Notes: a model not told the origin generated them from the letters alone. A stretch of DNA of 64,000 bases from Lachnospiraceae bacterium (GCA_963643225.1 CAVIIX010000004.1:37291-101290); one strand, 5' to 3'; positions 21,033-30,998 are shown, numbered from the stretch's first letter. A program made the numbers and translations.

Positions 21033-22496
21033 ATGAAGAATTTAAAGAAATTCGTAGCTTTAGGTCTTGCTATGATGCTTGCTGTATCAACAGTAGGCTG
21101 TGGCGATTCTGCAAGCACGTCAGATAATGCAACAAAAACTTCTGAAAAAGGTAAAAGAGAATTTGTAATCGGTTCATGGTGGAGACAGTACTATGATTCA
21201 ACCGATGAAAACATGGAGGTGTGTTCTGACTGGGTAAATGCTCAGTTTGAAGATACGGACTCTGAAGCAGATATTGCGGAAAAGACTGTTAACCAGAAGG
21301 TTTCACAGGCTAAATGGGACAAAGTTACAATGCTTGAGGACAAATATAACTGTAGCTTTAAGTGGGTTAACTTAACCTATGCAGGTACACAGGAATCCAT
21401 TAACACATCTATTCTTGCAGGCTCACCTGACTGCGATATCTACATGGTAGATACCGGTATGGCAGTTCCTGCACAGGCTAACGGCTTACTTGTTGACTTA
21501 AAGACAATCCTTCCCGAGGATGACGACCTTTTCACAGACCAGACAGTATTCTCATATTTGGATCTTGGTGATGGCAAGGCTTGTATTCTCAAGGTACAGG
21601 GTGGTTTCACAAACACATATCCTTTAGCCTTCAACAAGCAGATGCTTGAAGATGCAAAGCTTGAAGATCCCCGTGATCTTTATGAAAGAGGAGAATGGAC
21701 CTGGGATAAGTTCATCGAATACTGCCAGGCTCTTACACAGGATACAGACGGCGACGGCCAGGTTGACCAGTACGGCTTCTGTGGTTATCAGTCAGAATTA
21801 TTAAATGGTTTACTTATGTCCAACGGTAATGCTACCATCTGCGGTGGTACAGAATGTACTATCGGCGATACAAAGGTCGGCGAAGCATTACAGATGATGC
21901 AGGATATGTTTGTAAAATACAATGTTTGCTATCCTTATGACTTTTCAAGCGCCGGCGGTTCACCTTCAGACTCCATGAGAAATCAGTACAACGAAGGCAA
22001 CATCGCTTTCTTCCCTTCAGCAGTTTGGATTCAGAATGCTAACGGCAACTATCCTGCAGGAGGCGAAGGCAATCTTACATGGGATACCTGCTATGTACAG
22101 TGGCCTATTGGCCCTTCCGGCTCCAAGGAAACAAACGTTGGTGTGAACGCAGCAGGCGGTAACTTCTTTGTAATCCCTTCAGGCGTAGAGAACCCTCAGG
22201 AAGTTTATTACTTCTTATATGACCTTTATAACTGGTTTGAAGGTGACACCTCCTTCAGAGATGACCCTGCAACAGTTAACTGGTGGTACAACGAAACCGC
22301 AAAGGATGCTGAAATCAGAGATGCTAACTTCGAAGTTCAGAAGTGGTGCTTAGCAAGACCTAACTTTGAATTGTACGAATCAATCGGCGTTTCTGCTGAT
22401 TATGAATCCTTAATCAGTGGCGAAATGACTCCTGCACAGTTCCAGGAGACCTACAAGCAGACCTTCCAGGATGCTTTAGATCAAATGTTTAAATAA
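21033..22496 (+). CDS. Carbohydrate ABC solute-binding lipoprotein
   Basis: Lipobox TVGC, SILAGSPDCDI, FNKQML..DP..LYERGEWTWDKF, and a DxDxDG loop (DTDGDGQVDQYG). Confidence 0.88.
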   Translation: MKNLKKFVALGLAMMLAVSTVGCGDSASTSDNATKTSEKGKREFVIGSWWRQYYDSTDENMEVCSDWVNAQFEDTDSEADIAEKTVNQKVSQAKWDKVTMLEDKYNCSFKWVNLTYAGTQESINTSILAGSPDCDIYMVDTGMAVPAQANGLLVDLKTILPEDDDLFTDQTVFSYLDLGDGKACILKVQGGFTNTYPLAFNKQMLEDAKLEDPRDLYERGEWTWDKFIEYCQALTQDTDGDGQVDQYGFCGYQSELLNGLLMSNGNATICGGTECTIGDTKVGEALQMMQDMFVKYNVCYPYDFSSAGGSPSDSMRNQYNEGNIAFFPSAVWIQNANGNYPAGGEGNLTWDTCYVQWPIGPSGSKETNVGVNAAGGNFFVIPSGVENPQEVYYFLYDLYNWFEGDTSFRDDPATVNWWYNETAKDAEIRDANFEVQKWCLARPNFELYESIGVSADYESLISGEMTPAQFQETYKQTFQDALDQMFK

Positions 22497-22560
22497 TAAG
22501 TAATATGTGAACCGGTGCGACAAGTGCCGCACCGGCTCCTTTGAAAGGAAACTATAAACT

Positions 22561-23586
22561 ATGAGCAAGGTAAAAATGTTAAACTGCCCTGCAGTACCTA
22601 ACGTTCCCTGGCAGGAAAAACCTGAAGGCTTAAAGGGAGCACCTATTTGGAGATATTCTGAGAATCCAATTATCGGCCGCAATCCTGTAGAAGGTGTTGC
22701 CAGAATCTTTAACAGTGCAGTAATGCCTTTTGAAGACGGATTTATCGGAGTATTCAGAGGAGAGCAGACAAACGGTGTTCCTTATGTATATTTGGGACGT
22801 TCCAAGGATGCCATTCACTGGACGTTTGATAAGAATAAGGTGCCTTTTGTAAATGAAAATGGCGAACCTTTTATGCCTGTATATGCTTACGATCCAAGAC
22901 TTGTAAAGGTAGAGGATACCTATTACATCATATGGTGCGGGGATTTTTACGGAGCAGCAATCGGAATTGCAAAGACAAAGGACTTTAAGACCTTTACTAG
23001 AATTGAAAATCCTTTTATTCCTTTTAACAGAAATGCCGTTTTATTCCCTCGTAAGATTAATGGCAAATTTATGATGCTTTCCCGTCCTTCAGATTCAGGA
23101 CATACACCCTTTGGTGATATTTTCTTAAGTGAAAGTCCCGATATGGAATATTGGGGACATCACAGGCACGTTATGGGACGTGGCTACGAATGGTGGGAAT
23201 CAGTTAAGATCGGTGGCGGCGCAGCTCCCATCGAGACCTCTGAAGGCTGGCTTTTATTCTATCATGGTGTGAGCGGCACCTGTAACGGCTTTGTTTATTC
23301 CATCGGTGGAGCAATTTTAGATATAGACAATCCTTCAATTGTTAAATACCGTTGCGAGAATTTCTTACTTACTCCGGAAGAGTGGTATGAGGAGAGAGGC
23401 TTCGTTCCAAACGTATGCTTCCCCTGCGCTACCATTCACGATCCTGAATCTGGTAAGATTGCACTCTATTATGGCTGTGCAGACAGCTATGTAAGTCTTG
23501 CATTTACCGAAATTGACAGCATCGTTGACTACATTAAGGAACATTCCGTTGTAAGAAACGACGATACGGAAATCGGTATCAGATAA
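22561..23586 (+). CDS. GH130 beta-1,4-mannooligosaccharide phosphorylase (GH130_2 type)
   Basis: WRYSENPII, IFNSAV, YDPR, NRNAVLFP, RPSDSGHTPFGDIF, KIGGGAAPI, VPNVCFP, YYGCAD. Confidence 0.92.
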   Translation: MSKVKMLNCPAVPNVPWQEKPEGLKGAPIWRYSENPIIGRNPVEGVARIFNSAVMPFEDGFIGVFRGEQTNGVPYVYLGRSKDAIHWTFDKNKVPFVNENGEPFMPVYAYDPRLVKVEDTYYIIWCGDFYGAAIGIAKTKDFKTFTRIENPFIPFNRNAVLFPRKINGKFMMLSRPSDSGHTPFGDIFLSESPDMEYWGHHRHVMGRGYEWWESVKIGGGAAPIETSEGWLLFYHGVSGTCNGFVYSIGGAILDIDNPSIVKYRCENFLLTPEEWYEERGFVPNVCFPCATIHDPESGKIALYYGCADSYVSLAFTEIDSIVDYIKEHSVVRNDDTEIGIR

Positions 23587-23666
23587 GCATGGGACATTTA
23601 TGTTGAGCTTAGGGGTCAAATGAAAATTTGACCCCGTTACTGAGCATAAATAGAGGAAATTTTAAT

Positions 23667-24782
23667 ATGATAAATTTTGAAAACAGTATTTTAAATAAGG
23701 GAGACACTTCCCGCATAAAGAAGGCATTTTTAAAGGCCATGAGAGGAAAACCCATTACCGTAGGCTTTTTAGGAGGCTCCATCACCCAGGGCTGTTTATC
23801 TTCAACTCCTGACACCTGCTATGCGGCACTTGTATATAAATGGTTTAAGGAAAAATTTCCAATGTCAAAGATTACCTATGTAAATGCAGGTATCGGCGGC
23901 ACGCCTTCAGACTTTGGTGTAGCAAGAGTTAAGGATGACTTATTACGATTCAAGCCTGATTTTTCAATCGTTGAATTCAGTGTTAACGATGCGGCTAATG
24001 ACTATTACATGGAGACCTATGAAGGCTTAATAAGAAGGATTTTAAACGATAAATGTAAAACGGCTTTAATGCTTGTGCACAACGTGCGCTACGACAACAT
24101 GGAAAGTGCTGAAGATAAGCATATGTTTATCGGAAAATATTATAACCTGCCGGAAGTATCCATGAAGCATTCGGTATACCCAGAAGTTGCAAACGGCAAT
24201 ATTAAAGCAAGAGACATTACTTCAGACGACCTTCATCCAAATGATTTAGGACATCTTTATTTATCACGGATTATTATCTATTCTCTTGAAAAGATATACG
24301 ACGAGCTTGTGACCAACGAAAAGCTTAAAATAGACAGAAAACTTCCTAAACCCGTCACCAGAAATGGCTATGAAAATTCAGAAAGACTTCAGAATACTAA
24401 TTTTGAAGCAGAATTAAATGGCTTTGAAGAGGATAAAGAAGAACAGCACCACATAATGGAAATGTTCAGACACGGATATACTGCATGGAAAAAGGGTGAT
24501 TCCATTAAATTTACAAAGGAATGCTCATATATAACCGTTCAGTATAGAAAGAGCATTAATAAGCCCACACCTGTTGCTGAAATCATCATTGACAATGATG
24601 CTGAGAATGCTGTTTCTTTAGACGGAAATTTCGAGGAAGACTGGGGCGACTGCTTATATACACAGCCTATAGCCAGGGCTCTTGAATTTAAGGAACATAC
24701 TATAGAAATCAGAATTAAAGAAGACCACGGAAATATGGATAAGGTACCGTTTTATTTGGTTTCCGTTATTGTATCTAAATAA
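23667..24782 (+). CDS. Mannan acetylesterase, CE17-like (SGNH domain plus C-terminal beta-sandwich)
   Basis: FLGGSITQG, NAGIGGT, EFSVND, DDLHPND and C-terminal QYRKS...DGNFEEDWGD...PFYLVSVI; resembles Roseburia intestinalis CE17 from memory. ATG at 23667 follows GAGG. Confidence 0.85.
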   Translation: MINFENSILNKGDTSRIKKAFLKAMRGKPITVGFLGGSITQGCLSSTPDTCYAALVYKWFKEKFPMSKITYVNAGIGGTPSDFGVARVKDDLLRFKPDFSIVEFSVNDAANDYYMETYEGLIRRILNDKCKTALMLVHNVRYDNMESAEDKHMFIGKYYNLPEVSMKHSVYPEVANGNIKARDITSDDLHPNDLGHLYLSRIIIYSLEKIYDELVTNEKLKIDRKLPKPVTRNGYENSERLQNTNFEAELNGFEEDKEEQHHIMEMFRHGYTAWKKGDSIKFTKECSYITVQYRKSINKPTPVAEIIIDNDAENAVSLDGNFEEDWGDCLYTQPIARALEFKEHTIEIRIKEDHGNMDKVPFYLVSVIVSK

Positions 24783-24802
24783 AAATACGTATAGAGGTAA
24801 AT

Positions 24803-27094
24803 ATGTTTAATAAGGATTTTGTATGGGGCGTTGCCACAAGCTCCTTTCAGACTGAGGGCGCCTTAAAGGAAGGCGGAAGAGGAAGAAGCATCTGGGATTC
24901 ATTTTGTGAGACTTCAGGTAAAATCTGGAATAACTGCTCTCCGGAGCCTTCCTGCGATTTCTACCATAAATATAAAGAAGACATAGCCTTAATGAAGGAA
25001 ATGGGCATTAAAGCCTACAGATTTTCTTTATCCTGGCCACGCATTCTCCCTGAGGGTATAGGCTTAGTCAACGAGGAGGGAGTTGCCTTTTACAATAACG
25101 TAATTAACGAGCTTTTAGCTAACGGCATTGAACCCTATATCACCATGTATCATTGGGACTTTCCGGAGGCGCTTCAAAAGAAGGGCGGCTGGGTAAATCC
25201 TGAAGTAACAGAATGGTTTGCTGAATATGCCCGCGTTGTATCTGAGCGTTTTTCTGACAGAGTAAAATATTTTATTACATTAAATGAGCCTCAGTGCTTT
25301 TCAGGTATTTCGTTTTTATCAGGGGAACATGCGCCCGGCATTAAATTAGAGCCTAAGGATCAGTTTTTACAGGTTCATAATATGTTAAAAGCCCACGGAA
25401 GAGCGGTTCAGGAATTAAGAAGGAATGCAAAACAGAAAATAAAAGTCGGCTTTGCACCCACATGCGGTATGCCTTATCCTGAAACGGATTCAGAGGCTGA
25501 TATTGAGGCTGCAAAAAAAATCATGTTTTCCTGTGCTCCTGATTTAAATAACTGGACCTGGACTGTTTCATGGTTTTCAGACCCTGTATTTTTAGGTAAA
25601 TACCCTGAAGACGGTCTTAAGACCTTTAAGGAATATTTGCCCCAAATTACTAAAGAAGACATGAAGCTTATATCCGAGCCACTTGATTTTATGGGTGAAA
25701 ACATTTATAACGGATATGCCATTCGTGCAGGCAAGGACGGAAATCCTGAATACGTAGAACGTGCTTTAGGATACGCCATTACAGGTAATGACTGGCCCAT
25801 GACCCCTGAATGCTTTTACTGGGGACTTAAATTTTTGTATGAAAGGTACAAGCTTCCTATATATGTAACCGAAAACGGCACCTGCTGTCGTGACTGGGTG
25901 TCAATGGACGGTAAGGTACATGATCCTTTAAGAATTGATTTTCTTGCGCGGTATATTAAAGCCATGGAAAAGGCAATTTCGGAAGGGGTAGATATAAAAG
26001 GCTATTTTGAGTGGACGTTTACGGATAATTTTGAGTGGAATTTAGGCTACAGAGACAGATTCGGTCTTGTGTATGTAGACTTTACCACCGGACGCCGCAT
26101 CAGAAAGGATTCTTCTTATTTTTATGCAGACGTTATCCGTACAAATGGTGATTGCATTATGAAGGAAAAGGAACTTCTTTTCTTTAGCCCTGTATTCAAA
26201 ACAATGATCTGGGGCGGCAACAAAATGAAGGACGTATTCAATTACGACATTCCTGCAGACAACACTGGAGAGTGTTGGGCAATAAGCGCACATCCTAACG
26301 GAGATTGTGTGGTATCTGAAGGAAATTATAAGGGGAAGACGTTATCCTGGCTTTGGAGTAACAAGCCTGAATTATTCGGACACATGGATAAGGACAGATT
26401 TCCTTTATTATTAAAGGTAATAGATGCAAAGGAGGATTTATCAATTCAGGTACATCCTTCCGATGAATATGCAAAGCTACATGAAAACGGTTCTTTAGGC
26501 AAAACTGAATGCTGGTACATTTTAGACTGTGAGCCGGGTTCTAAGCTTGTAATCGGTCACAAGGCAAAGACTAAAGAAGAATTATGTAAACTAATTGATG
26601 AGCATAAATTTAATGAGCTCATTACGGAAGTAGCTGTTAAAAAGGGAGATTTCGTACAGATAGACCCGGGTACCGTCCATGCCATCAAGGGCGGAGTAAT
26701 GATTTTAGAGACACAGCAGAATTCCGATATCACCTACAGAGTTTACGACTATGACAGACTTCAGAACGGAAAGCTTCGTGATTTACACGTAGAACAGTCA
26801 AAGGCAGTCATAACAGTTCCGGCAAAAGAAGGCTCAATTTGGGAAACTAGTAGCAATATCGGGTTAGAAACTCTTGTGGATTGCAAGTATTATAAAGTCA
26901 ATAAAATCAATGTGGGAGGAAAGCTTCTTTATACAGAAGATGCGCCCTTTACAATGGTGTCCTGCATAGATGGACAGGGAACAGTTGACAATAAGGTAAT
27001 TAAAAAGGGAGACCACTTTATAGTGCCTTTCGGTTATGGAGAGCTTGAATTTGACGGCGCCATGACACTGATTACCTCAATTCCAAGACAGTAG
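24803..27094 (+). CDS. GH1 beta-glycosidase fused to class I mannose-6-phosphate isomerase
   Basis: GH1 motifs FVWGVATSSFQTEG, TLNEP, VTENG, DNFEW, then PMI motifs IWGG, GECWAISAH, LSIQVHP, GKTECWY, GTVHAI, ETQQNSDITYRVYDY. Confidence 0.92.
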   Translation: MFNKDFVWGVATSSFQTEGALKEGGRGRSIWDSFCETSGKIWNNCSPEPSCDFYHKYKEDIALMKEMGIKAYRFSLSWPRILPEGIGLVNEEGVAFYNNVINELLANGIEPYITMYHWDFPEALQKKGGWVNPEVTEWFAEYARVVSERFSDRVKYFITLNEPQCFSGISFLSGEHAPGIKLEPKDQFLQVHNMLKAHGRAVQELRRNAKQKIKVGFAPTCGMPYPETDSEADIEAAKKIMFSCAPDLNNWTWTVSWFSDPVFLGKYPEDGLKTFKEYLPQITKEDMKLISEPLDFMGENIYNGYAIRAGKDGNPEYVERALGYAITGNDWPMTPECFYWGLKFLYERYKLPIYVTENGTCCRDWVSMDGKVHDPLRIDFLARYIKAMEKAISEGVDIKGYFEWTFTDNFEWNLGYRDRFGLVYVDFTTGRRIRKDSSYFYADVIRTNGDCIMKEKELLFFSPVFKTMIWGGNKMKDVFNYDIPADNTGECWAISAHPNGDCVVSEGNYKGKTLSWLWSNKPELFGHMDKDRFPLLLKVIDAKEDLSIQVHPSDEYAKLHENGSLGKTECWYILDCEPGSKLVIGHKAKTKEELCKLIDEHKFNELITEVAVKKGDFVQIDPGTVHAIKGGVMILETQQNSDITYRVYDYDRLQNGKLRDLHVEQSKAVITVPAKEGSIWETSSNIGLETLVDCKYYKVNKINVGGKLLYTEDAPFTMVSCIDGQGTVDNKVIKKGDHFIVPFGYGELEFDGAMTLITSIPRQ

Positions 27095-27100
27095 GTTAAG

Positions 27101-28096
27101 ATGAGTAAAGATGTAACGATGCGAGACATCGCAGCAAGACTTAATTTAAGTGCGGTTTCTGTATCCAAGGCAATTTCAGGCAAGGAAGGCGTAAGCGCTT
27201 CGGTAAGAGAGCTGATTTTAAAAACTGCAGAAGAAATGGGGTATGAATACACCTCCCCCAATATGGTGAAGCGTGCATATTATAACATAGGCGTTATGGT
27301 ATCTCAGACCTTTATTTCAGACTCTGCCTTTTATTCAAAGCTTTTTCAGAACCTGGCAATTGAATTCGGAAAGCTTGGACATTCCTGCACTCTTGAAATA
27401 ATAAGCCACAGGGATGAAAAGGAAGGCAATTTACCCGGCAATGTGGCAGGAGAGAGAATGGACGGAGTTATAGTGCTTGGGCCTTTATCAGATGCCTGCA
27501 TGAAGAAGGTATTGCGCACCGAGACTCCCTGCGTATTTGTAGATAATTACACGCCTGAAGATAACATGGACTGCGTTGTAAGCGATAATGTGTACGGTTC
27601 ACACATGCTGACAAATTATCTTATTAATAAAGGTATTAAGAAGATTGCCTTTGTTGGTACGGTAAATGCCACAAATTCAATTATGGACCGATACTTAGGC
27701 TATTTAAAGAGCCTTATACAGAACGGCATTCAGATACGCCCAGATTATGTGCTGGCAGACAGAGACGCTGAAGGCTTGTTAAAGAAAATAGAGCTGCCTA
27801 AGGATATGCCGGAAGCCTTTGTATGTAACTGTGACGAGGTAGCGTACCATTTAGTAGAGCAATTAACGGAAAAAGGAATAAAGGTGCCTGAAGAGGTTTC
27901 CGTTGTGGGCTTTGATGATTACATCTTTGCGACCTTGTCAAATCCTAAGCTTACTACCTTTAAGGTAAACATGGAGGAGATGGCGAGAGTTTCTGTGGAG
28001 CTTATGGAAAGAAAGCTTGAGAACCCTCATTCCTACACAGGTCGTAAGGTCATAAGCGGTGAAATAGTAATAAGAGATTCGGTAAGGGATGCTTAG
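27101..28096 (+). CDS. LacI-family transcriptional regulator
   Basis: N-terminal HTH VTMRDIAARLNLSAVSVSKAI and C-terminal VPEEVSVVGFDD...PKLTT. Confidence 0.93.
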   Translation: MSKDVTMRDIAARLNLSAVSVSKAISGKEGVSASVRELILKTAEEMGYEYTSPNMVKRAYYNIGVMVSQTFISDSAFYSKLFQNLAIEFGKLGHSCTLEIISHRDEKEGNLPGNVAGERMDGVIVLGPLSDACMKKVLRTETPCVFVDNYTPEDNMDCVVSDNVYGSHMLTNYLINKGIKKIAFVGTVNATNSIMDRYLGYLKSLIQNGIQIRPDYVLADRDAEGLLKKIELPKDMPEAFVCNCDEVAYHLVEQLTEKGIKVPEEVSVVGFDDYIFATLSNPKLTTFKVNMEEMARVSVELMERKLENPHSYTGRKVISGEIVIRDSVRDA

Positions 28097-28121
28097 GTGT
28101 CCGTTTTTCCTTTGCGAGTCC

Positions 28122-28150
28122 TTGCACCACGGACATTACTATGCTATAAT
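28122..28150 (+). promoter_or_regulatory. Sigma-A-type promoter of ppdK
   Basis: TTGCAC-17 bp-TATAAT with extended -10 (TGcTATAAT). Confidence 0.65.
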
Positions 28151-28231
28151 ATTTTATGTGCGAGCATCCTGTACACATGTGCAGGATGCTTTACGTAACG
28201 CCAAATTTCATTTAAGGGAGAAAAAGAAAAA

Positions 28232-30862
28232 ATGGCAAAATGGGTTTATTTATTTGAAGAGGGTAAAGCTGACATGCGTAACCTTCTGGGAGGAAAGGGC
28301 GCAAACCTTGCTGAAATGACCAACATTGGTCTTCCTGTTCCTCAGGGCTTTACAATTACTACAGAAGCCTGCACGCAGTATTATGAAGATGGTAGAGAAA
28401 TTAACGATGAAATTCGTGCACAGATTGAAGAATATGTTTTAAAGCTTGAATCTATGACTGGTAAGAAGTTCGGTGATTTGGAGAATCCTCTTTTGGTATC
28501 TGTTCGTTCCGGCGCCAGAGCATCGATGCCCGGTATGATGGATACGATTTTAAATCTTGGTCTTAACGAGACAGTTGTAGAGGTTATCTCAAAGAAATCA
28601 GGCAATCCCCGCTGGGCCTGGGACTGCTACAGACGTTTCATTCAGATGTATTCAGACGTCGTAATGGAAGTCGGCAAGAAATATTTTGAAGAATTAATTG
28701 ACGAAATGAAGGCAAAGAGAGGCGTGACACAGGACGTTGAGCTTACAGCCGATGACTTAAAGGAGCTTGCCTCACAGTTCAAGGCAGAATATAAGTCAAA
28801 GCTTGGCTCAGACTTCCCCACAGACCCTAAGGAACAGCTTTACGGCGCTATCAAAGCAGTATTTCGTTCTTGGGACAATCCTCGCGCTAGTGTATATAGA
28901 AGAGATAACGATATTCCTTATTCCTGGGGTACAGCCGTTAATGTTCAGTCAATGGCATTTGGTAACATGGGTGATGACTGTGGTACAGGTGTTGCATTTA
29001 CACGTGACCCTGCTACAGGTAACAAGGGCTTATTTGGTGAATTCTTAACCAACGCTCAGGGCGAGGACGTAGTAGCAGGTGTACGTACACCCATGAAGAT
29101 TACCGAAATGGCTGAGAAATTCCCGGAAGCTTTTGAACAGTTTAAGAGTGTATGTAAGATTTTGGAAGCTCATTACCGCGACATGCAGGATATGGAATTC
29201 ACCGTTGAACACGGTAAGCTCTATATGCTCCAGACCCGTAACGGTAAGAGAACCGCACAGGCAGCTTTAAAGATTGCCTGCGATTTGGTTGATGAAGGCA
29301 TGAGAACAGAAGAAGAAGCAGTTGCGATGATCGATCCACGTAACCTTGACACACTTCTTCATCCTCAGTTTGACAATAAAGTTATCGCTGAAACAAAGCC
29401 CTTAGGAAGAGGCCTTGGTGCTTCTCCAGGTGCCGCCTGCGGTAAGGTTGTATTCTCGGCAGAAGACGCTGAAGAATGGAACGAAAGGGGCGAAAAGGTT
29501 GTACTTGTACGTCTTGAGACCTCTCCGGAAGACATTACCGGTATGAAGGCAGCTCAGGGTATTTTAACCGTACGTGGCGGTATGACCTCTCACGCAGCAG
29601 TTGTAGCCCGTGGTATGGGTAAGTGCTGTGTATCCGGTTGCGGCGACATCATCATGGATGAAGCCAACAAGAAATTTACTCTTGCAGGCAAGACCTTTGA
29701 AGAAGGCTCCTATATTTCAATCGATGGTACAACAGGCTGTATCTATGAGGGCTTAATTCCTACAGTAGATGCTAAGATTGCCGGTGAATTTGGCCGTATC
29801 ATGGGTTGGGCAGATAAATACAGAAAATTAAAGGTTCGTACAAACGCAGACACACCTGCAGACGCTAAAAAAGCCAGAGAACTCGGCGCTGAAGGTATCG
29901 GCCTCTGCCGTACAGAGCACATGTTCTTTGAAGCTGACAGAATCGCAGCTTTCCGTGAAATGATCTGTGCTGAAACCGTTGAACAAAGAGAAGCAGCTCT
30001 TGATAAGATTCTTCCTTATCAGCAGGGCGACTTTGAAAAATTATTTGATGCATTAGAGGGATGTCCTGTATGTATCAGATTCTTAGACCCTCCGCTTCAT
30101 GAATTCGTACCCACAGAAGAAGCAGACATTAAGCGTCTTGCAGAAACTCAGGGGAAGCCCGTTGAAGAAATTAAAGCCTTCATCGATGCACTTCACGAAT
30201 TCAACCCTATGATGGGCCACAGAGGATGTCGTCTAGCAGTTACATATCCTGAAATTGCAAAAATGCAGACAAAGGCGGTTATACGTGCCGCTTTACACAC
30301 AAAGAAGATTCATCCTGACTGGAACGTTGAGCCTGAAATCATGATTCCATTGGTATCAACCGATTTGGAGCTTAAATTCGTTAAAAAGATAGTTGTAGAA
30401 ACCGCTGATGCTGAAATTGCAGCCGTAGGTTCAAAGCTTAAATATCAGGTAGGTACCATGATTGAAATTCCTCGTGCAGCCTTAACAGCAGACATTATTG
30501 CCAAGGACGCAGATTTCTTCTGCTTTGGTACCAACGACTTAACCCAGATGTGCTTTGGCTTTTCACGTGATGACGCAGGAAAATTCTTATCAGCCTACTA
30601 CGATAACAAGATTCTTGAAAACGATCCCTTCGCTAAGCTTGACCGCTCCGGCGTAGGTAAGTTAATGCAGATGACAATCGAACTCGGCCGTCCTGTTAAC
30701 CCTAATCTCCACATCGGTATCTGCGGCGAACACGGCGGTGATCCTTCATCCGTTGAATTCTGCCACCAGATCGGCTTAGATTACGTAAGCTGTTCTCCTT
30801 TCAGAGTTCCGATCGCAAGATTGGCTGCAGCACAGGCTGCTATTAAATATCCGCAAAATTAA
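28232..30862 (+). CDS. ppdK: Pyruvate, phosphate dikinase
   Basis: LLGGKGANLAEM, PLLVSVRSGA, GGMTSHAAVVARG (phospho-His), GIGLCRTEHMF, FGTNDLTQ, GICGEHGG. Confidence 0.98.
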   Translation: MAKWVYLFEEGKADMRNLLGGKGANLAEMTNIGLPVPQGFTITTEACTQYYEDGREINDEIRAQIEEYVLKLESMTGKKFGDLENPLLVSVRSGARASMPGMMDTILNLGLNETVVEVISKKSGNPRWAWDCYRRFIQMYSDVVMEVGKKYFEELIDEMKAKRGVTQDVELTADDLKELASQFKAEYKSKLGSDFPTDPKEQLYGAIKAVFRSWDNPRASVYRRDNDIPYSWGTAVNVQSMAFGNMGDDCGTGVAFTRDPATGNKGLFGEFLTNAQGEDVVAGVRTPMKITEMAEKFPEAFEQFKSVCKILEAHYRDMQDMEFTVEHGKLYMLQTRNGKRTAQAALKIACDLVDEGMRTEEEAVAMIDPRNLDTLLHPQFDNKVIAETKPLGRGLGASPGAACGKVVFSAEDAEEWNERGEKVVLVRLETSPEDITGMKAAQGILTVRGGMTSHAAVVARGMGKCCVSGCGDIIMDEANKKFTLAGKTFEEGSYISIDGTTGCIYEGLIPTVDAKIAGEFGRIMGWADKYRKLKVRTNADTPADAKKARELGAEGIGLCRTEHMFFEADRIAAFREMICAETVEQREAALDKILPYQQGDFEKLFDALEGCPVCIRFLDPPLHEFVPTEEADIKRLAETQGKPVEEIKAFIDALHEFNPMMGHRGCRLAVTYPEIAKMQTKAVIRAALHTKKIHPDWNVEPEIMIPLVSTDLELKFVKKIVVETADAEIAAVGSKLKYQVGTMIEIPRAALTADIIAKDADFFCFGTNDLTQMCFGFSRDDAGKFLSAYYDNKILENDPFAKLDRSGVGKLMQMTIELGRPVNPNLHIGICGEHGGDPSSVEFCHQIGLDYVSCSPFRVPIARLAAAQAAIKYPQN

Positions 30863-30955
30863 TCGAAAAATTAGGTAATATCAAGAGTTTGCGGCTTTAA
30901 AAACAGAAAAATTTGTCTAAAAAACTCAGGGTTTTTAGACAAATAACAACTATGA

Positions 30956-30998
30956 AACTGGTATCTGTTCATTTTTTTGAATGGATACCCGTTTTTAT
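30956..30998 (+). terminator. Intrinsic terminator after ppdK
   Basis: GGTATCTGTTCA/TGAATGGATACC stem with G-U pairs, followed by GTTTTTAT. A second hairpin (TTTGTCTAAAAA/TTTTTAGACAAA) lies at about 30912-30943. Confidence 0.6.

Noticed and set aside
28089..28319. 76-aa ORF bridging LacI and ppdK as a possible leader peptide
   Set aside because: It spans the ppdK promoter and overlaps ppdK out of frame, with no supporting features.
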